Positions 50,643-60,711 of a stretch of 64,000 nt of DNA are shown one piece after another. The position numbers were made by a program, and so were the translations under genes. The number at the start of each line of letters is the position of its first letter. The stretch's first letter is position 1. Origin of the DNA: Nitrososphaerota archaeon (GTDB taxonomy: Archaea > Thermoproteota > Nitrososphaeria > PSMU01); assembly GCA_040290255.1 (NCBI GenBank), contig PSMU01000001.1, forward strand, positions 96,001 to 160,000, read 5' to 3'. The notes under the pieces were generated by a model that saw only the letters and a program-made list of their open reading frames with translations, made no database searches and was not told the DNA's origin.

Positions 50643-51809
50643 TTAAGATATTTCTTTACCCTTTAAACTTCGAGCGGCTTCATAGAAGCGCCTATCGAAC
50701 TCAAGGGTCGTCTCAAATAACGTCCATAAGGCCTGCGTATCAAGATAGTGCCTAGCGATGGGTGACAGGAGCGAGTAGCCGAATCCGCCGAAGATCTGAA
50801 CGGCGCTATCGGTCGTGGTTGCCGCCAGCTCAAGGGCCGTCCTAAGCGCGGCGCCCTCTTGAACCATAAGGCAAGCGGCGCCCTCCACATGTTTTGTTTG
50901 ATCTTTGTTTTTAGCTACCTGCTCACAGAGATAGAAGGCCAACGCATCGACTATTTGGTAGCCCTTCACCATTCCGGCTAGGTGCCTCTTAACTAAGGCA
51001 TGCTCTATAATCGGCTTGCCCCATTGCACCCTTTCTTGAGCCCTCTCAAGGCTACTGAGCATCGTCTCCTTAATGACTCCGGCCAGCGCACCCACCAACC
51101 AAGCTACGGACAAAACCGTGATAATCCTAGGCAGATTCCCTTGCGCGGCTCCGGTAGCCACGTTCTCCTTAGGTAAGCCCCGTAGACTAGCCTTGACTAT
51201 CGCGAGATCCGTGCTTAGTAAGCCCATGCGGCTTTCCATCCTATCCAAGACCTCAACCTGCTCTTTGTCCAACACGAAGACAGCCCACCTGTCCTCGCTT
51301 CTATCGCGCGCTAGGACCACGAAGGCATAGGCGTCCACCGCATTGAAGATCGGTTGTGGAGCTATTTCGAGGTCGGTTCCTCGATCATCATGCCCATAGA
51401 CAGCCGAGGCAAAGGGCGGGCCCACATAGGCCAAGAGGGATTCACTGCCGCCTCGCCGGAGCGCTCTTTGCAACGATTCCTCCCCTCCCCTTGACCTTGA
51501 GATCACGAGTGAAGCCTGCAAGGAATGTGAGAGAAGTAGCAGAACGGGGGAAAGTCCTATCTTGGCTAACCGGGCCGCTGTGCGTGTCATGAGCTTTATA
51601 TTCGCTAACTCTTCTCCCAAGCCGATCTCCTTGTGCAAATTGTAGAGCCCGGCTTTATACAGCCCGTCCTTTACCTGACGGCTCGGCCCCCTTGGGCGTG
51701 ATATATAGTGCTCGTATTCCATGGGCGCCAGCTCATCAGCGGTCCTTTCTACGAGATTCAGAAGCTCCGCCTCTTTAGGCGTTTCTGTAATTTCCAAGAA
51801 GCCGGCCAT
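50643..51809 (-). CDS. Divergent acyl-CoA dehydrogenase-family protein
   Basis: ERVQWGKPI, AVQIFGGFGY. Confidence 0.75.
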   Translation of the reverse strand: MAGFLEITETPKEAELLNLVERTADELAPMEYEHYISRPRGPSRQVKDGLYKAGLYNLHKEIGLGEELANIKLMTRTAARLAKIGLSPVLLLLSHSLQASLVISRSRGGEESLQRALRRGGSESLLAYVGPPFASAVYGHDDRGTDLEIAPQPIFNAVDAYAFVVLARDRSEDRWAVFVLDKEQVEVLDRMESRMGLLSTDLAIVKASLRGLPKENVATGAAQGNLPRIITVLSVAWLVGALAGVIKETMLSSLERAQERVQWGKPIIEHALVKRHLAGMVKGYQIVDALAFYLCEQVAKNKDQTKHVEGAACLMVQEGAALRTALELAATTTDSAVQIFGGFGYSLLSPIARHYLDTQALWTLFETTLEFDRRFYEAARSLKGKEIS

Positions 51810-51860
51810 AGGGGCAAAACGGTGGCTGGCTTAATAGGTTAGCAGTTATAGGGCTAGGTC

Positions 51861-52862
51861 ATGGAGGTGCTCTGGCACACAGCTGAAGCGGAGAGGCTAA
51901 TAGGCATAGCGATGCGCCGCTGCTATACATCTAAGCCCCTTCAAGAAATTATGGAGGAAGTATCTGCAGAGTATGGTGCGTACTTAACCTGCTCAGCTTA
52001 TCAAAGGATGGAGTTCGATGTCTACGAGCACGTTAGAATAAGCGGGCTGATGACTGCTTCGCCCGAAGAGCTGCTGTCCTTGCTTTTGAGGTTCCGCTAC
52101 CTTGATGTGACGCGATTAGACCGAGAAACCTGGCTCGTTTCCTTCAATCTTAGGACAGCCCTGGAGGCTATGTTGGCAGGCGTAAATGGGTTTAGCGAGG
52201 TAGTCCAGAGCGTAGCACCCAACCTTCATAAGGCCGTGGGAGGTCATCCCCTCCCCCCTCGTCCCGCAGGGCTGGAAACAAAGCAACGGGCGGGAACGGA
52301 GGCGGGCGTGCAGATGAAGGTAGAAGTCATACAGGCCTTAACCCCCCATATCCTAAATGATGCCCTTCGCTCGCACGGCTATAGGCAGATAGACTCCAAA
52401 CAGGAACTTGCCAAGCATTGCTTTGTGACATTGAGCATTGAGGGCATCTCCAGGGTCTGCTCGCACCAACTCGTAAGGCATAGGCCCGTATCATTTAGCC
52501 AAGAATCACAGCGATTTTCCGCTGCCGTTGAAGAGGACTTCGTGGTTCCGGATAGCATTGCCGCCAACACCACGGCTCGAGAGGTGGCGCTGACGCTATT
52601 TGCGCATGCCCGGCAATGCTACGCAAAGCTAAGGGAATTGGGCATAAAGAAGGAAGATGCACGCTTCGTGCTGCCGATGGCTATATCTACAAAATTGATG
52701 ATGACCGTGCAGAGCAGATACTTGAACCACATACTGTTCTACAGGAGCAGTGCGAGCAGCGTGGGATTGAAGGCACAGTGGGAGATAAGGAGGCTTAGCG
52801 ATAAGATACTCACGCTCGTCAGCGAGCTAATGCCAGATCTATTCTCAGAGCTGACCCCCTAG
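51861..52862 (+). CDS. thyX: FAD-dependent thymidylate synthase
   Basis: SRVCSHQLVRHR..SFSQESQRF, EDARFVLP, AQWEIR. Confidence 0.93.
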   Translation: MEVLWHTAEAERLIGIAMRRCYTSKPLQEIMEEVSAEYGAYLTCSAYQRMEFDVYEHVRISGLMTASPEELLSLLLRFRYLDVTRLDRETWLVSFNLRTALEAMLAGVNGFSEVVQSVAPNLHKAVGGHPLPPRPAGLETKQRAGTEAGVQMKVEVIQALTPHILNDALRSHGYRQIDSKQELAKHCFVTLSIEGISRVCSHQLVRHRPVSFSQESQRFSAAVEEDFVVPDSIAANTTAREVALTLFAHARQCYAKLRELGIKKEDARFVLPMAISTKLMMTVQSRYLNHILFYRSSASSVGLKAQWEIRRLSDKILTLVSELMPDLFSELTP

Positions 52863-52884
52863 CGCCTGCTGTAGCTTCTGTCGC

Positions 52885-53103
52885 CTAAGCCTGCGCCTTC
52901 TTCATTAGCCACTCGATGTATTCCGCCATGACCCGCTTGCGCCTCTCCTTAGCGTCCAACTCCACTTGCTCCTTCTTCCTCTCCCTGATATCCTGTAGCT
53001 CCTCCCTAGTTATGAAGAGGCCGCAGTTCCTGCAGATGAGGTGCTTGGTGCTCGGCTCATAGAACAGGGCAGAGTTGCACTCCGGGCAGACCCTACTGCT
53101 CAC
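52885..53103 (-). CDS. Small Zn-ribbon protein
   Basis: CPEC...CRNCG, EYIEWL. Confidence 0.75.
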   Translation of the reverse strand: MSSRVCPECNSALFYEPSTKHLICRNCGLFITREELQDIRERKKEQVELDAKERRKRVMAEYIEWLMKKAQA

Positions 53104-53184
53104 GCCGGCGCCGAGAGGGCACATAGATTTATATGCTTCTATCAACATCTGGTTTTTAAAGCCCCAGCTGGGTGCTGTAAGGCC

Positions 53185-54075
53185 TTGCCATGGGCTGTTG
53201 CCTCTGGGCCTGCCTCTTACGATCTAGCTAAGAAAATCTGCTCCGGCCTTGATGCTGAATGGGTAGACGTTCAATGGCGCACCTTCCCTGACGGGGAAAA
53301 CCTGCTCAGGCTTACCTCCAGCGTCCTAGGCAAGAAAGTCCTGCTCGTACAGTCCACCTACCCTCCCGTTGATACTCACTATATGCAATTATTTCTTTTG
53401 GCGAGCAAGCTCTCGGAGGCCGGGGCCGAGGTCTTTTGCATAATGCCTTACATGGGCTATGCCCGACAGGATAGGGAATTTATGGAGGGCGAGGTGGTCA
53501 GCATAGGGGTCCTAGGCAGGCTCCTCAAGTATACAGGCGTAAAGAGGTTGGTTACCGTCGACATTCACAGTCCGAGGGCTCTGGCCCAGATTCCCTTAGA
53601 AGCCTACAGCCTTTCGGCCATTCCGTTGTTGGCAGAGTACGCGAAAACACAACTAAAGCTAAGGAACCCGCTGGCCGTGGCCCCCGATCAAGGCGCTGCA
53701 ACAAGGGTGCAGGCCTTCTCGGCTTTGTATGGCTGTGAATGGCACGTACTGACAAAGAGGCGGGATAGGGTGACGGGCGAAGTAGAGGTAACCGCAGCAG
53801 GACTCGAGAAGGTCGCGGTGGAGGGCCGAGACATCCTGCTCATCGATGACATATTGAGCACGGGCTCCAGCCTCCTAAAGGCTGGCTCGCTTTTCTATAG
53901 CCTTGGGGCTGCAGGAGTAAGGGCCCTATGTGTCCACCCCTTGCTCGTCGGCGGTGCCTTAGAAAAGCTGAAGGCCGCAAGGATCGACGTCATAGGGACA
54001 AATACGGTCCCCAGCCCCGTGAGTTATGTTGATGTCTCACCCTTAATCATCAGCTACTTCTCACATGGAGCCTGA
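53185..54075 (+). CDS. prs: Ribose-phosphate pyrophosphokinase
   Basis: FPDGE, PYMGYARQD, APDQG, DDILSTG. Confidence 0.95.
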   Translation: MPWAVASGPASYDLAKKICSGLDAEWVDVQWRTFPDGENLLRLTSSVLGKKVLLVQSTYPPVDTHYMQLFLLASKLSEAGAEVFCIMPYMGYARQDREFMEGEVVSIGVLGRLLKYTGVKRLVTVDIHSPRALAQIPLEAYSLSAIPLLAEYAKTQLKLRNPLAVAPDQGAATRVQAFSALYGCEWHVLTKRRDRVTGEVEVTAAGLEKVAVEGRDILLIDDILSTGSSLLKAGSLFYSLGAAGVRALCVHPLLVGGALEKLKAARIDVIGTNTVPSPVSYVDVSPLIISYFSHGA

Positions 54076-55072
54076 GGAGCGCTTCTTTGTATATTTGGCT
54101 GGGGATGTCCCAGAAGCGGGGGCTGCCGAGCTTAGGTCGCTCTTAGCGGGCCAAGAGGGGGTGGAGATCAAGCCCCTGACGGACAGGCTCTTCTTGATTA
54201 AAGGGGCTCTCGATATCGCTACGCTTTGGCATAGAATGGCACTCATCAAGTGGGCGGGAAGGATACACGCCGAGCTTCCCGGCCTAGAGCCAGAGAGCTT
54301 AAGACAAGTGGCCTGGGAAAGGATAGTAACATCTAAGGAGGTGCTGATAGCCCTCCACGGATTTCAAGGGCAAGTTAAGAGCCCTATTGAAGAGCTAATC
54401 CTTTCGGCTATAAAAGAGAGGGGCAACGCCGCGCTTCTCCGCCCGTCTCGGGCGGAGCAGGTCATTCATCTCTTCCGAACGCCAAGCTCGTACTACGTAG
54501 GAACCTCGGGGCGCCCCCCTCGACGGCGCTGGCTCGATAGAAGGCCAAGGGCTAGGCCCTTCTTTCATCCCGTAGCTCTTCATCCCCGCCTGGCAAGGCT
54601 CATGGTAAATCTCGCCGGGCCTTTAGGGAATGCAGTGCTCCTAGATCCATTTTGCGGTACAGGCTCAATACTCATAGAAGCCGCCATCCTTGGCCTGCGG
54701 GCATTGGGGTCCGATCTTAGCTTAAGGATGTGCAAGGGCGCCTTATTAAATGCCAGGCATGCGGGCCTCACGGACATCGACATCATACAGGCCGACGCCA
54801 GGAACATGCCCCTGCGAGAGGTGGGGGCCATCGTCACCGACCTACCCTATGGCCGCGCCTCTTCTCTTCATCATATAAAGGCCGAGGAACTCATAGGCGC
54901 GTTCCTAACGGAGGCGGGGCGTTTACTTGTAGGGGGAAGTAGTATGGTCCTGCTCTATTCCCATGACCTAGAGAGGTATGTGCGTTCAGGTGAATTCTTA
55001 AGGGTCCAAAGATTTAGGATACCTGTACATAGAAGGTTAACCAGAATTCTCGCCGTTCTTAAGAAGTCGTGA
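54065..55072 (+). CDS. tRNA m2G10 methyltransferase (Trm11-like)
   Basis: RPFFHP..L.PRLAR.MVNL, DPFCGTG, TDLPYG. Confidence 0.85.
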   Translation: MEPEERFFVYLAGDVPEAGAAELRSLLAGQEGVEIKPLTDRLFLIKGALDIATLWHRMALIKWAGRIHAELPGLEPESLRQVAWERIVTSKEVLIALHGFQGQVKSPIEELILSAIKERGNAALLRPSRAEQVIHLFRTPSSYYVGTSGRPPRRRWLDRRPRARPFFHPVALHPRLARLMVNLAGPLGNAVLLDPFCGTGSILIEAAILGLRALGSDLSLRMCKGALLNARHAGLTDIDIIQADARNMPLREVGAIVTDLPYGRASSLHHIKAEELIGAFLTEAGRLLVGGSSMVLLYSHDLERYVRSGEFLRVQRFRIPVHRRLTRILAVLKKS

Positions 55073-55104
55073 TGGCTTATATCATGGCGGGCCTGGCGTA
55101 AACC

Positions 55105-56007
55105 ATGCGCATACACTTCCTAGGGGTCTCAGCGGCGGGCCCCATCGCCGACTCACATTATACCTCGCTTGCCCTACAGTATAAGGGCGAGGTTCTGCTG
55201 TTCGACTGCGGCGAAGGCACCCAGCGACAGCTGCTCAAGGCCGGTCTGGGTCTGCTTAGGGCAATGCGCATCTTTATTACACATATGCACGGCGATCATG
55301 TAGTAGGGCTACTGGGCATACTTCAATCGATGAGCCTGCTTAACAGGGAAAGGCCCCTTTACGTATACGGGCCTAGGGGCATAAGGAGCTTCATTGAAAC
55401 TAACTCACGCCTTCTGAAATTCAGTCCAACCTTCCCTCTTTACATACAGATAGTTCGAGAGGGGCTCGTAGCAGAGGGCCAGGATTACAGGGTGCTCGCA
55501 AAGCGGGCCCGCCACAGCATAGAGGCCTACTCGTATCTGTTTGAGGAGAAGCCGAGGCCTGGCACGTTTTATCCCGAAAGGGCTATGCAGCTAGGCGTGC
55601 CGAGGGGCCCCCTCTGGAAGGAGCTGCAGAGGGGCAGGGACGTCGTCATACAGGGAAGGGTGATAAGGGCAACGGAGGTGACAGGGCCACCTAGGCGGGG
55701 CAGGCGCGTAGGATATAGCGGCGATACGAGACCCTTCCCCTCATTGGCCAAGTTCTTCAGGGACGCCGACCTCCTTGCGATGGAAGCGACCTATAGCAGC
55801 GAACATAAGGATAGGGCTGTGGCCAACTATCACTCTACGGCCGAGGAGGCAGCTAGGTTAGCCTTGAGGGCAGGCGTAAAGCGGCTATACCTGATACACT
55901 TTAGCGCTCGATATGGCGATAGGGCAAAGTTGCTCGATGAAGCGCGGAGGATCTTCCCGGCGACTCACCTAGCCACAGAGCTGGCTACGGTGGAACTTCC
56001 TCCTTAG
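55105..56007 (+). CDS. rnz: Ribonuclease Z
   Basis: DCGEGTQ, THMHGDH, GVPRGP, SGDT, EATY, HST, HFSARY. Confidence 0.96.
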   Translation: MRIHFLGVSAAGPIADSHYTSLALQYKGEVLLFDCGEGTQRQLLKAGLGLLRAMRIFITHMHGDHVVGLLGILQSMSLLNRERPLYVYGPRGIRSFIETNSRLLKFSPTFPLYIQIVREGLVAEGQDYRVLAKRARHSIEAYSYLFEEKPRPGTFYPERAMQLGVPRGPLWKELQRGRDVVIQGRVIRATEVTGPPRRGRRVGYSGDTRPFPSLAKFFRDADLLAMEATYSSEHKDRAVANYHSTAEEAARLALRAGVKRLYLIHFSARYGDRAKLLDEARRIFPATHLATELATVELPP

Positions 56008-56804
56008 CGCCTCCATTCCTTACGGGCCAAGATGTTCGTGACGATATCGCGCAGCTCGCTCACCGACGCGTAGGGCTCGGCGATGGACTCAACCGACAGG
56101 TTACCCGCGAAGCCTAAGCCCAGCATCTGGCTTATGATGGTTCTCCATGGCACGACCCCCGCTCCTATCTTTAGATGATCATCCCTGAGACCGTTGGTAT
56201 CGGAGCAGTGGACGACGAGCACCCTGTTCGTCAATTTCTGAATAAAGTGGTCCAAAAAGCCCGCTATGTAGGCGTGCGCCACATCCAGAACTAATTGGGG
56301 GGCCTGCGCGGCGGTTTTATAAAACTCCAAGAACTCGTCAGGCGCTACGAAGGCCATATCCTTAATCGGAGGCATGTTCTCGATCCCCATTTTTATCCCC
56401 CTTGAAGAGGCATAGTCGAACAATTCGAAGAGGCCCTCGATCAAGGCCTCCTTCACGCCTTCCTTTGTTCCTCCAGGATGTACCACAATATAGGAAGCCT
56501 CTATCTCCGAGGCCGCGTCGATGCTCTCCTTAATGCGCCTAATGCTGGCGAGCCTGCGCCCCGCCTCGAGCGAGGAGAGGTCTACTTCCCTAAAAGGAGC
56601 ATGTATGCTGAACTTGTAGCCTATAGCCGCCAAATCCTTTATGAGTTTGGTTCTTGCCCTGCTGAGCTTATGCGCTCCCTCGTCCACTAGCTCCCAGAAG
56701 GCAGGGCGGCCCTGAGGGTTATCGCTCGCAACCTCAGCCGGCACACTCTCGAAGTTAGCTCCGTTCATATAGAGGTATAAGGTTGAAAGCCCCACCTGCA
56801 GCAC
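56004..56804 (-). CDS. Sugar phosphate isomerase/epimerase (TIM barrel)
   Basis: HAPF, VVHPG, IENM, DVAH, HCSD, DDHL. Confidence 0.82.
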   Translation of the reverse strand: MLQVGLSTLYLYMNGANFESVPAEVASDNPQGRPAFWELVDEGAHKLSRARTKLIKDLAAIGYKFSIHAPFREVDLSSLEAGRRLASIRRIKESIDAASEIEASYIVVHPGGTKEGVKEALIEGLFELFDYASSRGIKMGIENMPPIKDMAFVAPDEFLEFYKTAAQAPQLVLDVAHAYIAGFLDHFIQKLTNRVLVVHCSDTNGLRDDHLKIGAGVVPWRTIISQMLGLGFAGNLSVESIAEPYASVSELRDIVTNILARKEWRR

Positions 56805-56862
56805 GTACTTGATACGACCATGGCGCTTATTTCTCTTTCCGGTTAGAGCGGAATATGCCTGA

Positions 56863-57261
56863 CTAGGCGGTCAGCTCCTCTATAATCTTCTTGATGTCCC
56901 CTTCATAGATCAGGGTAAGCTTTATCGGCCCTAGCGGCGATTCGTTCTCTACCTCACAGGGCACAAGCCGTCCCGCGTAGGCGGCTTGCTTGTTAAGGTA
57001 GACCCAAGTGGCGCCCTCGTTAACGTGCTCGCTTAGCAGCCTGCGAAGGGCCGCCCTTATCCTTTGCGTCCTCGCTTCAAACTTTAGCCTCTGAAGGCAG
57101 GCGTTTCCCTTACAGGTTGCCCTGATAGTCCTTTCGCCTAGGTTAATTTCGACGGTGGTCGAGCCGAAGACGTTCTGCAGGGCCCTGGCCACCTTCTCCC
57201 TGCTTTCTGATTCATATACCTCTGCTTCGGCCAGCACTAGGAGCCCCTCAGAACCAGCCAT
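56863..57261 (-). CDS. UPF0201/DUF54 RNA-binding protein
   Basis: ES.EKV..AL.N, LNKQAA, SPLGPI. Confidence 0.85.
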   Translation of the reverse strand: MAGSEGLLVLAEAEVYESESREKVARALQNVFGSTTVEINLGERTIRATCKGNACLQRLKFEARTQRIRAALRRLLSEHVNEGATWVYLNKQAAYAGRLVPCEVENESPLGPIKLTLIYEGDIKKIIEELTA

Positions 57262-57820
57262 GACCCTTTAGCCAGACGATTATCTTTTCCTTGGCCGTTC
57301 TTTTAAAGTCTTCTATAAGCATGCCCTCTTCATTTACTATGACAAGGTCTGCCAGCGCGATGGCCTTACAGAGCCCCGCCGCCAGCTCCCTTTCATCCCT
57401 TCTGCTGAGTTCCTCCGGCAGCTTCGGGTCGTCGCTCCGACCCCGCTTGGAGAGCAGGGCGAAACGCCTAGAAGGGGCTGCATGAACAGCGATTAGGAGA
57501 ACCTCGCCCCGTTTCTTGAACTCTTCGACCTCCTCCATGCTTCTTATGCCATCCACGATGACACAACCCCTCAACTCCCTATTCTGCTCGAGGGCCAGTT
57601 GCGCTACGGCCCCGCCGCCATGAACCTGTCTGAGCTCATGAAAGAGCTTGCTGAGGTTCTCGTCCGTAGGTTCCAACCCCCTGCTCAGGGCAGCCTGTCT
57701 GACCACATCGCCTAACGTTATCCTTCTGAACCCCATATCCTCCAATGCCCTGGCCACCGTCGTCTTTCCCGCGCCAGGCATGCCCGTGATGCATAGAAAG
57801 AGCATTCTGCCCTGCGCCAC
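57248..57820 (-). CDS. UPF0200 dephospho-CoA-kinase-like P-loop kinase
   Basis: TGMPGAGKT, VDGIRS..E, RGRSDD, RD.REL. Confidence 0.85.
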   Translation of the reverse strand: MAQGRMLFLCITGMPGAGKTTVARALEDMGFRRITLGDVVRQAALSRGLEPTDENLSKLFHELRQVHGGGAVAQLALEQNRELRGCVIVDGIRSMEEVEEFKKRGEVLLIAVHAAPSRRFALLSKRGRSDDPKLPEELSRRDERELAAGLCKAIALADLVIVNEEGMLIEDFKRTAKEKIIVWLKGHGWF

Positions 57821-57883
57821 TTCTATTCCCCTCTAAACGACAGCTTAAAAATTGCTTTAGAGAGGCAAGGACTTAGTCGGGAC

Positions 57884-58438
57884 ATGGTGAGGGCCTTCCT
57901 AGCCGTCGAAGCCAGCGAGGGCGTAGATGCCGATAAGCTGACAGAATTGTATAGGAGGCTGGGTGAAGTGGGACAGCTTAAGTTCGTTAAGAAGGAGCAG
58001 CTCCACTTCACGATAAAGTTCTTCGGCGACATCCCACCGGCGACGATCGAGACAATCAGGGGGCTGCTCTCCGGCTTGAGCATAGCCCGCTTTAGCATCA
58101 CGTTAAAGGGCATTGGCACGTTTCCTACGCCGCTCAGGCCACGGGTGATTTGGATAGGCGTAGATGAAGAGGGCCGGACTCCACTTATGGATCTAGCTAA
58201 AAGGGTCGGAAGTCTCTTGGCCGGCAAAGTGCCGTTTGATCCGAAGCCCTTCGAGCCACATCTAACGGTGGCCAGGGTAAAGAGCCTTAAAGATAGAGCC
58301 CGTTTTGAGTCCACCCTTGCAGATTTCAGGACGACGAAGTTTGGGAGCGTTGATGTGAAGGAGATCAAATTAAAGGAGAGTGTGCTCACTTCTCAAGGCC
58401 CCATTTATCACGATCTCTTCTCCTTGGGCTTGGAGTGA
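57884..58438 (+). CDS. thpR: RNA 2',3'-cyclic phosphodiesterase (2H family)
   Basis: RAFLA, HFTIKF.G, PRVIW, PHLTVAR. Confidence 0.93.
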   Translation: MVRAFLAVEASEGVDADKLTELYRRLGEVGQLKFVKKEQLHFTIKFFGDIPPATIETIRGLLSGLSIARFSITLKGIGTFPTPLRPRVIWIGVDEEGRTPLMDLAKRVGSLLAGKVPFDPKPFEPHLTVARVKSLKDRARFESTLADFRTTKFGSVDVKEIKLKESVLTSQGPIYHDLFSLGLE

Positions 58439-59820
58439 CGGGAATGTCTGAACAAGAGCTCGAGAGGGTCCTGGACGAGGCGAGACGTGGTCTCTCACCC
58501 ACAGAGCAGCAGGAACAGGAGCTCATGAAGCAGGCTACCGAGTTGATGAAGAGGGTAGAGGCAGAGGCCAAACGGCTGGGGGCAGAGGTAGAGCTAGGGG
58601 GCTCTTTGGCGAAAGGGACATGGCTGCCCGACGACGTTGACATCGACATCTTCGTCAAATTTCCCGCTGACCTAAGCGAAGATGAGCTGGAGAGAAGGGG
58701 GATAGAACTGGGCCTTAAGGCTCTGGGCGAGACGAACGCTAAATTGCGCTATGCAGAGCACCCCTATGTCGAGGGCGTTGTTAACGGTAAAAGGATTAAC
58801 ATTGTGCCCTGCTTCTCCGTTGAACCCGGAAAGTGGAGAACAATCGCTGACCGCTCGCCCTATCACGTTCGGTGGGTGAGAGAGAGGCTGAGTGAGCGCC
58901 AGAGGGAGGAGGTACGCCTGTTGAAGGCCTTCATGAAGAAGGCCAAGGTATATGGCGCGGAAATAGAGGTAGAGGGATTCAGCGGTTTCGTGTGCGAGCT
59001 TTTGATAATTCACCATCAGAACTTCACAAACCTGCTAAAGTTTCTGGCATCTTGGAGGCCCGGCGAGCCCTTGTCGCCTCAATTAGCCGGCGGGGACAAG
59101 AGGGAATCCATTTGGCTCCCGGACCCAGTTGACCCGGCCAGGAATTTAGGCAGGGCAATTTCCCTGAGGCAGATGGCCCGCGTTTGTCTGGCCAGCCGCG
59201 CCTTCTTGAGTAGCCCCAGCACGAGTTACTTTCTTTACAAGTCCCCCTCTAAAATCAGCCCCTACTACCTGCTGAACTCCCCCCTCATGACTCAGCTTCT
59301 GTTGGTGATCTTCAAACATAAAGTCAGGAGCGAGGACATTCTCTTCGGTCAATTGAAGAAGACCTTGAAACATCTTGTCAATCAACTTAAGCAGGCCGAG
59401 TTCTCGCCGTGGCACGCGCAGGCTATAAGTAACAAAAGCGATGAGAGCGGCTTCATATTCCTGTTGGAGCGAACACACCTTTCTCGCTATAAGCTCAAGC
59501 TGGGGCCCTTGACATTCGACCGCGAACATGCCGACGACTTCCTAAGACAGAACGCCGGGGAGGCGCTCATGTTGTGGATAGGCGAAGAGGGCCGCCTGAG
59601 GGCCGTCACGAAGAGAAAATTCGTATCGGCAGCGGAAGTATTGAAAGCCCTGATAACTCAAGGCTCCGGCGTAGCGGAGGGCCTTCGCGATGAGCTGGCC
59701 AAAGGACGGATCTATGAGGGTTTAGATATAGTGGAGGCCTTGGATAAACACGAATGGCTGCTCCCTCAGCTATCGGAATTCATCCGAGGGGATGTACCAC
59801 GGCTTCTTACCGCTGAGTAG
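58435..59820 (+). CDS. cca: CCA-adding enzyme (class I)
   Basis: GGSLAKGTWL..D.DIDIF, YAEHPY, DRSP.H, GFSG..CEL, DPVDP.RN. Confidence 0.95.
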   Translation: MTGMSEQELERVLDEARRGLSPTEQQEQELMKQATELMKRVEAEAKRLGAEVELGGSLAKGTWLPDDVDIDIFVKFPADLSEDELERRGIELGLKALGETNAKLRYAEHPYVEGVVNGKRINIVPCFSVEPGKWRTIADRSPYHVRWVRERLSERQREEVRLLKAFMKKAKVYGAEIEVEGFSGFVCELLIIHHQNFTNLLKFLASWRPGEPLSPQLAGGDKRESIWLPDPVDPARNLGRAISLRQMARVCLASRAFLSSPSTSYFLYKSPSKISPYYLLNSPLMTQLLLVIFKHKVRSEDILFGQLKKTLKHLVNQLKQAEFSPWHAQAISNKSDESGFIFLLERTHLSRYKLKLGPLTFDREHADDFLRQNAGEALMLWIGEEGRLRAVTKRKFVSAAEVLKALITQGSGVAEGLRDELAKGRIYEGLDIVEALDKHEWLLPQLSEFIRGDVPRLLTAE

Positions 59821-60601
59821 GATCGCGCAGGGGCGCGCCAGAATACTTCTCTGCTACCCACACTGTCATAGAAGCGATGAGGTCTTGGCCGAGCTCTCTA
59901 ACTTCAACGTGGAAGGGCTGTTGTTAGAGGGCCCTACACAGGCACACGGCTTCAACGTGCTCGGCAAGGGCCACAGCTCGGTCGTGGTAAAGGCCCTGTT
60001 ATCAGATGGTCGCCTGGCGGCCCTAAAGATCAGGAGGAGTGATTATAATGGTAAGGGCTTCGATTTTGAGGCAAGGGCCCTAAGTGCGGCGAACTCAAGG
60101 GACATAGGCCCCCGCTTCTACTGGCAGACCAAGAATGCCATAGCTATGGCATACGTGAGGGGAACGGGCCTAGTAGAGTTCCTCTCCTCCGCTTCTGGCG
60201 AGAGCATAGCGCTCGCCTTAAGGAGGCTCATCTCACAATGTTACGAGCTCGACCTCTTAGGGATATCCCATGGTCAGCTCTCGGACCCGCGGAGACATGT
60301 AATCATCTCGCCCGATGCGGCGCCCATCATCTTGGACTTCGGAAAGTCTCAACTGAACTCCTCCAAATCCAATGTAACGGCCATAGTCCAGGCCCTATTT
60401 TTAAGGAACCCTCTTCGTAGGTTGGTAACGGGGCGCTTGGGTGGGGTAGAGGTACAGGCCGTGCTCAAGAGCCTAAGGAGGTATAAGGCCGAGCGCTCAA
60501 GGGATGCCATCGAGGCCCTCCTGCGTAACATTAAGCTACAACCAGCGCAGGACCACTACGAGTCCGACCAGGTAAAAGTTAAAACGGGCGCGAGCCCCTG
60601 A
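59792..60601 (+). CDS. RIO-like Ser/Thr kinase family protein
   Basis: LGKGH.SVV, ALKIRR, LD..GI.HG.L, ILDFG. Confidence 0.8.
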   Translation: MYHGFLPLSRIAQGRARILLCYPHCHRSDEVLAELSNFNVEGLLLEGPTQAHGFNVLGKGHSSVVVKALLSDGRLAALKIRRSDYNGKGFDFEARALSAANSRDIGPRFYWQTKNAIAMAYVRGTGLVEFLSSASGESIALALRRLISQCYELDLLGISHGQLSDPRRHVIISPDAAPIILDFGKSQLNSSKSNVTAIVQALFLRNPLRRLVTGRLGGVEVQAVLKSLRRYKAERSRDAIEALLRNIKLQPAQDHYESDQVKVKTGASP

Positions 60602-60605
60602 GAGG

Positions 60606-60693
60606 GGGGCCGTCGTCCAGCTTGGTTAGGATGCCAGCCTGAACTCTTGGCTAAGGGCGCTGGTGGTCCTGGGTTCAAATCCCAGCGGCCCCA
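60606..60693 (+). tRNA. tRNA-Pro(GGG), 13-nt intron inside the anticodon at 34/35 (60642-60654)
   Basis: CCAGC CT G[AACTCTTGGCTAA]GG GC GCTGG; BHB AGCC TG^A / GGCT AA^G. Confidence 0.88.
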
Positions 60694-60711
60694 CTTAGCC
60701 CATCCATCCTC

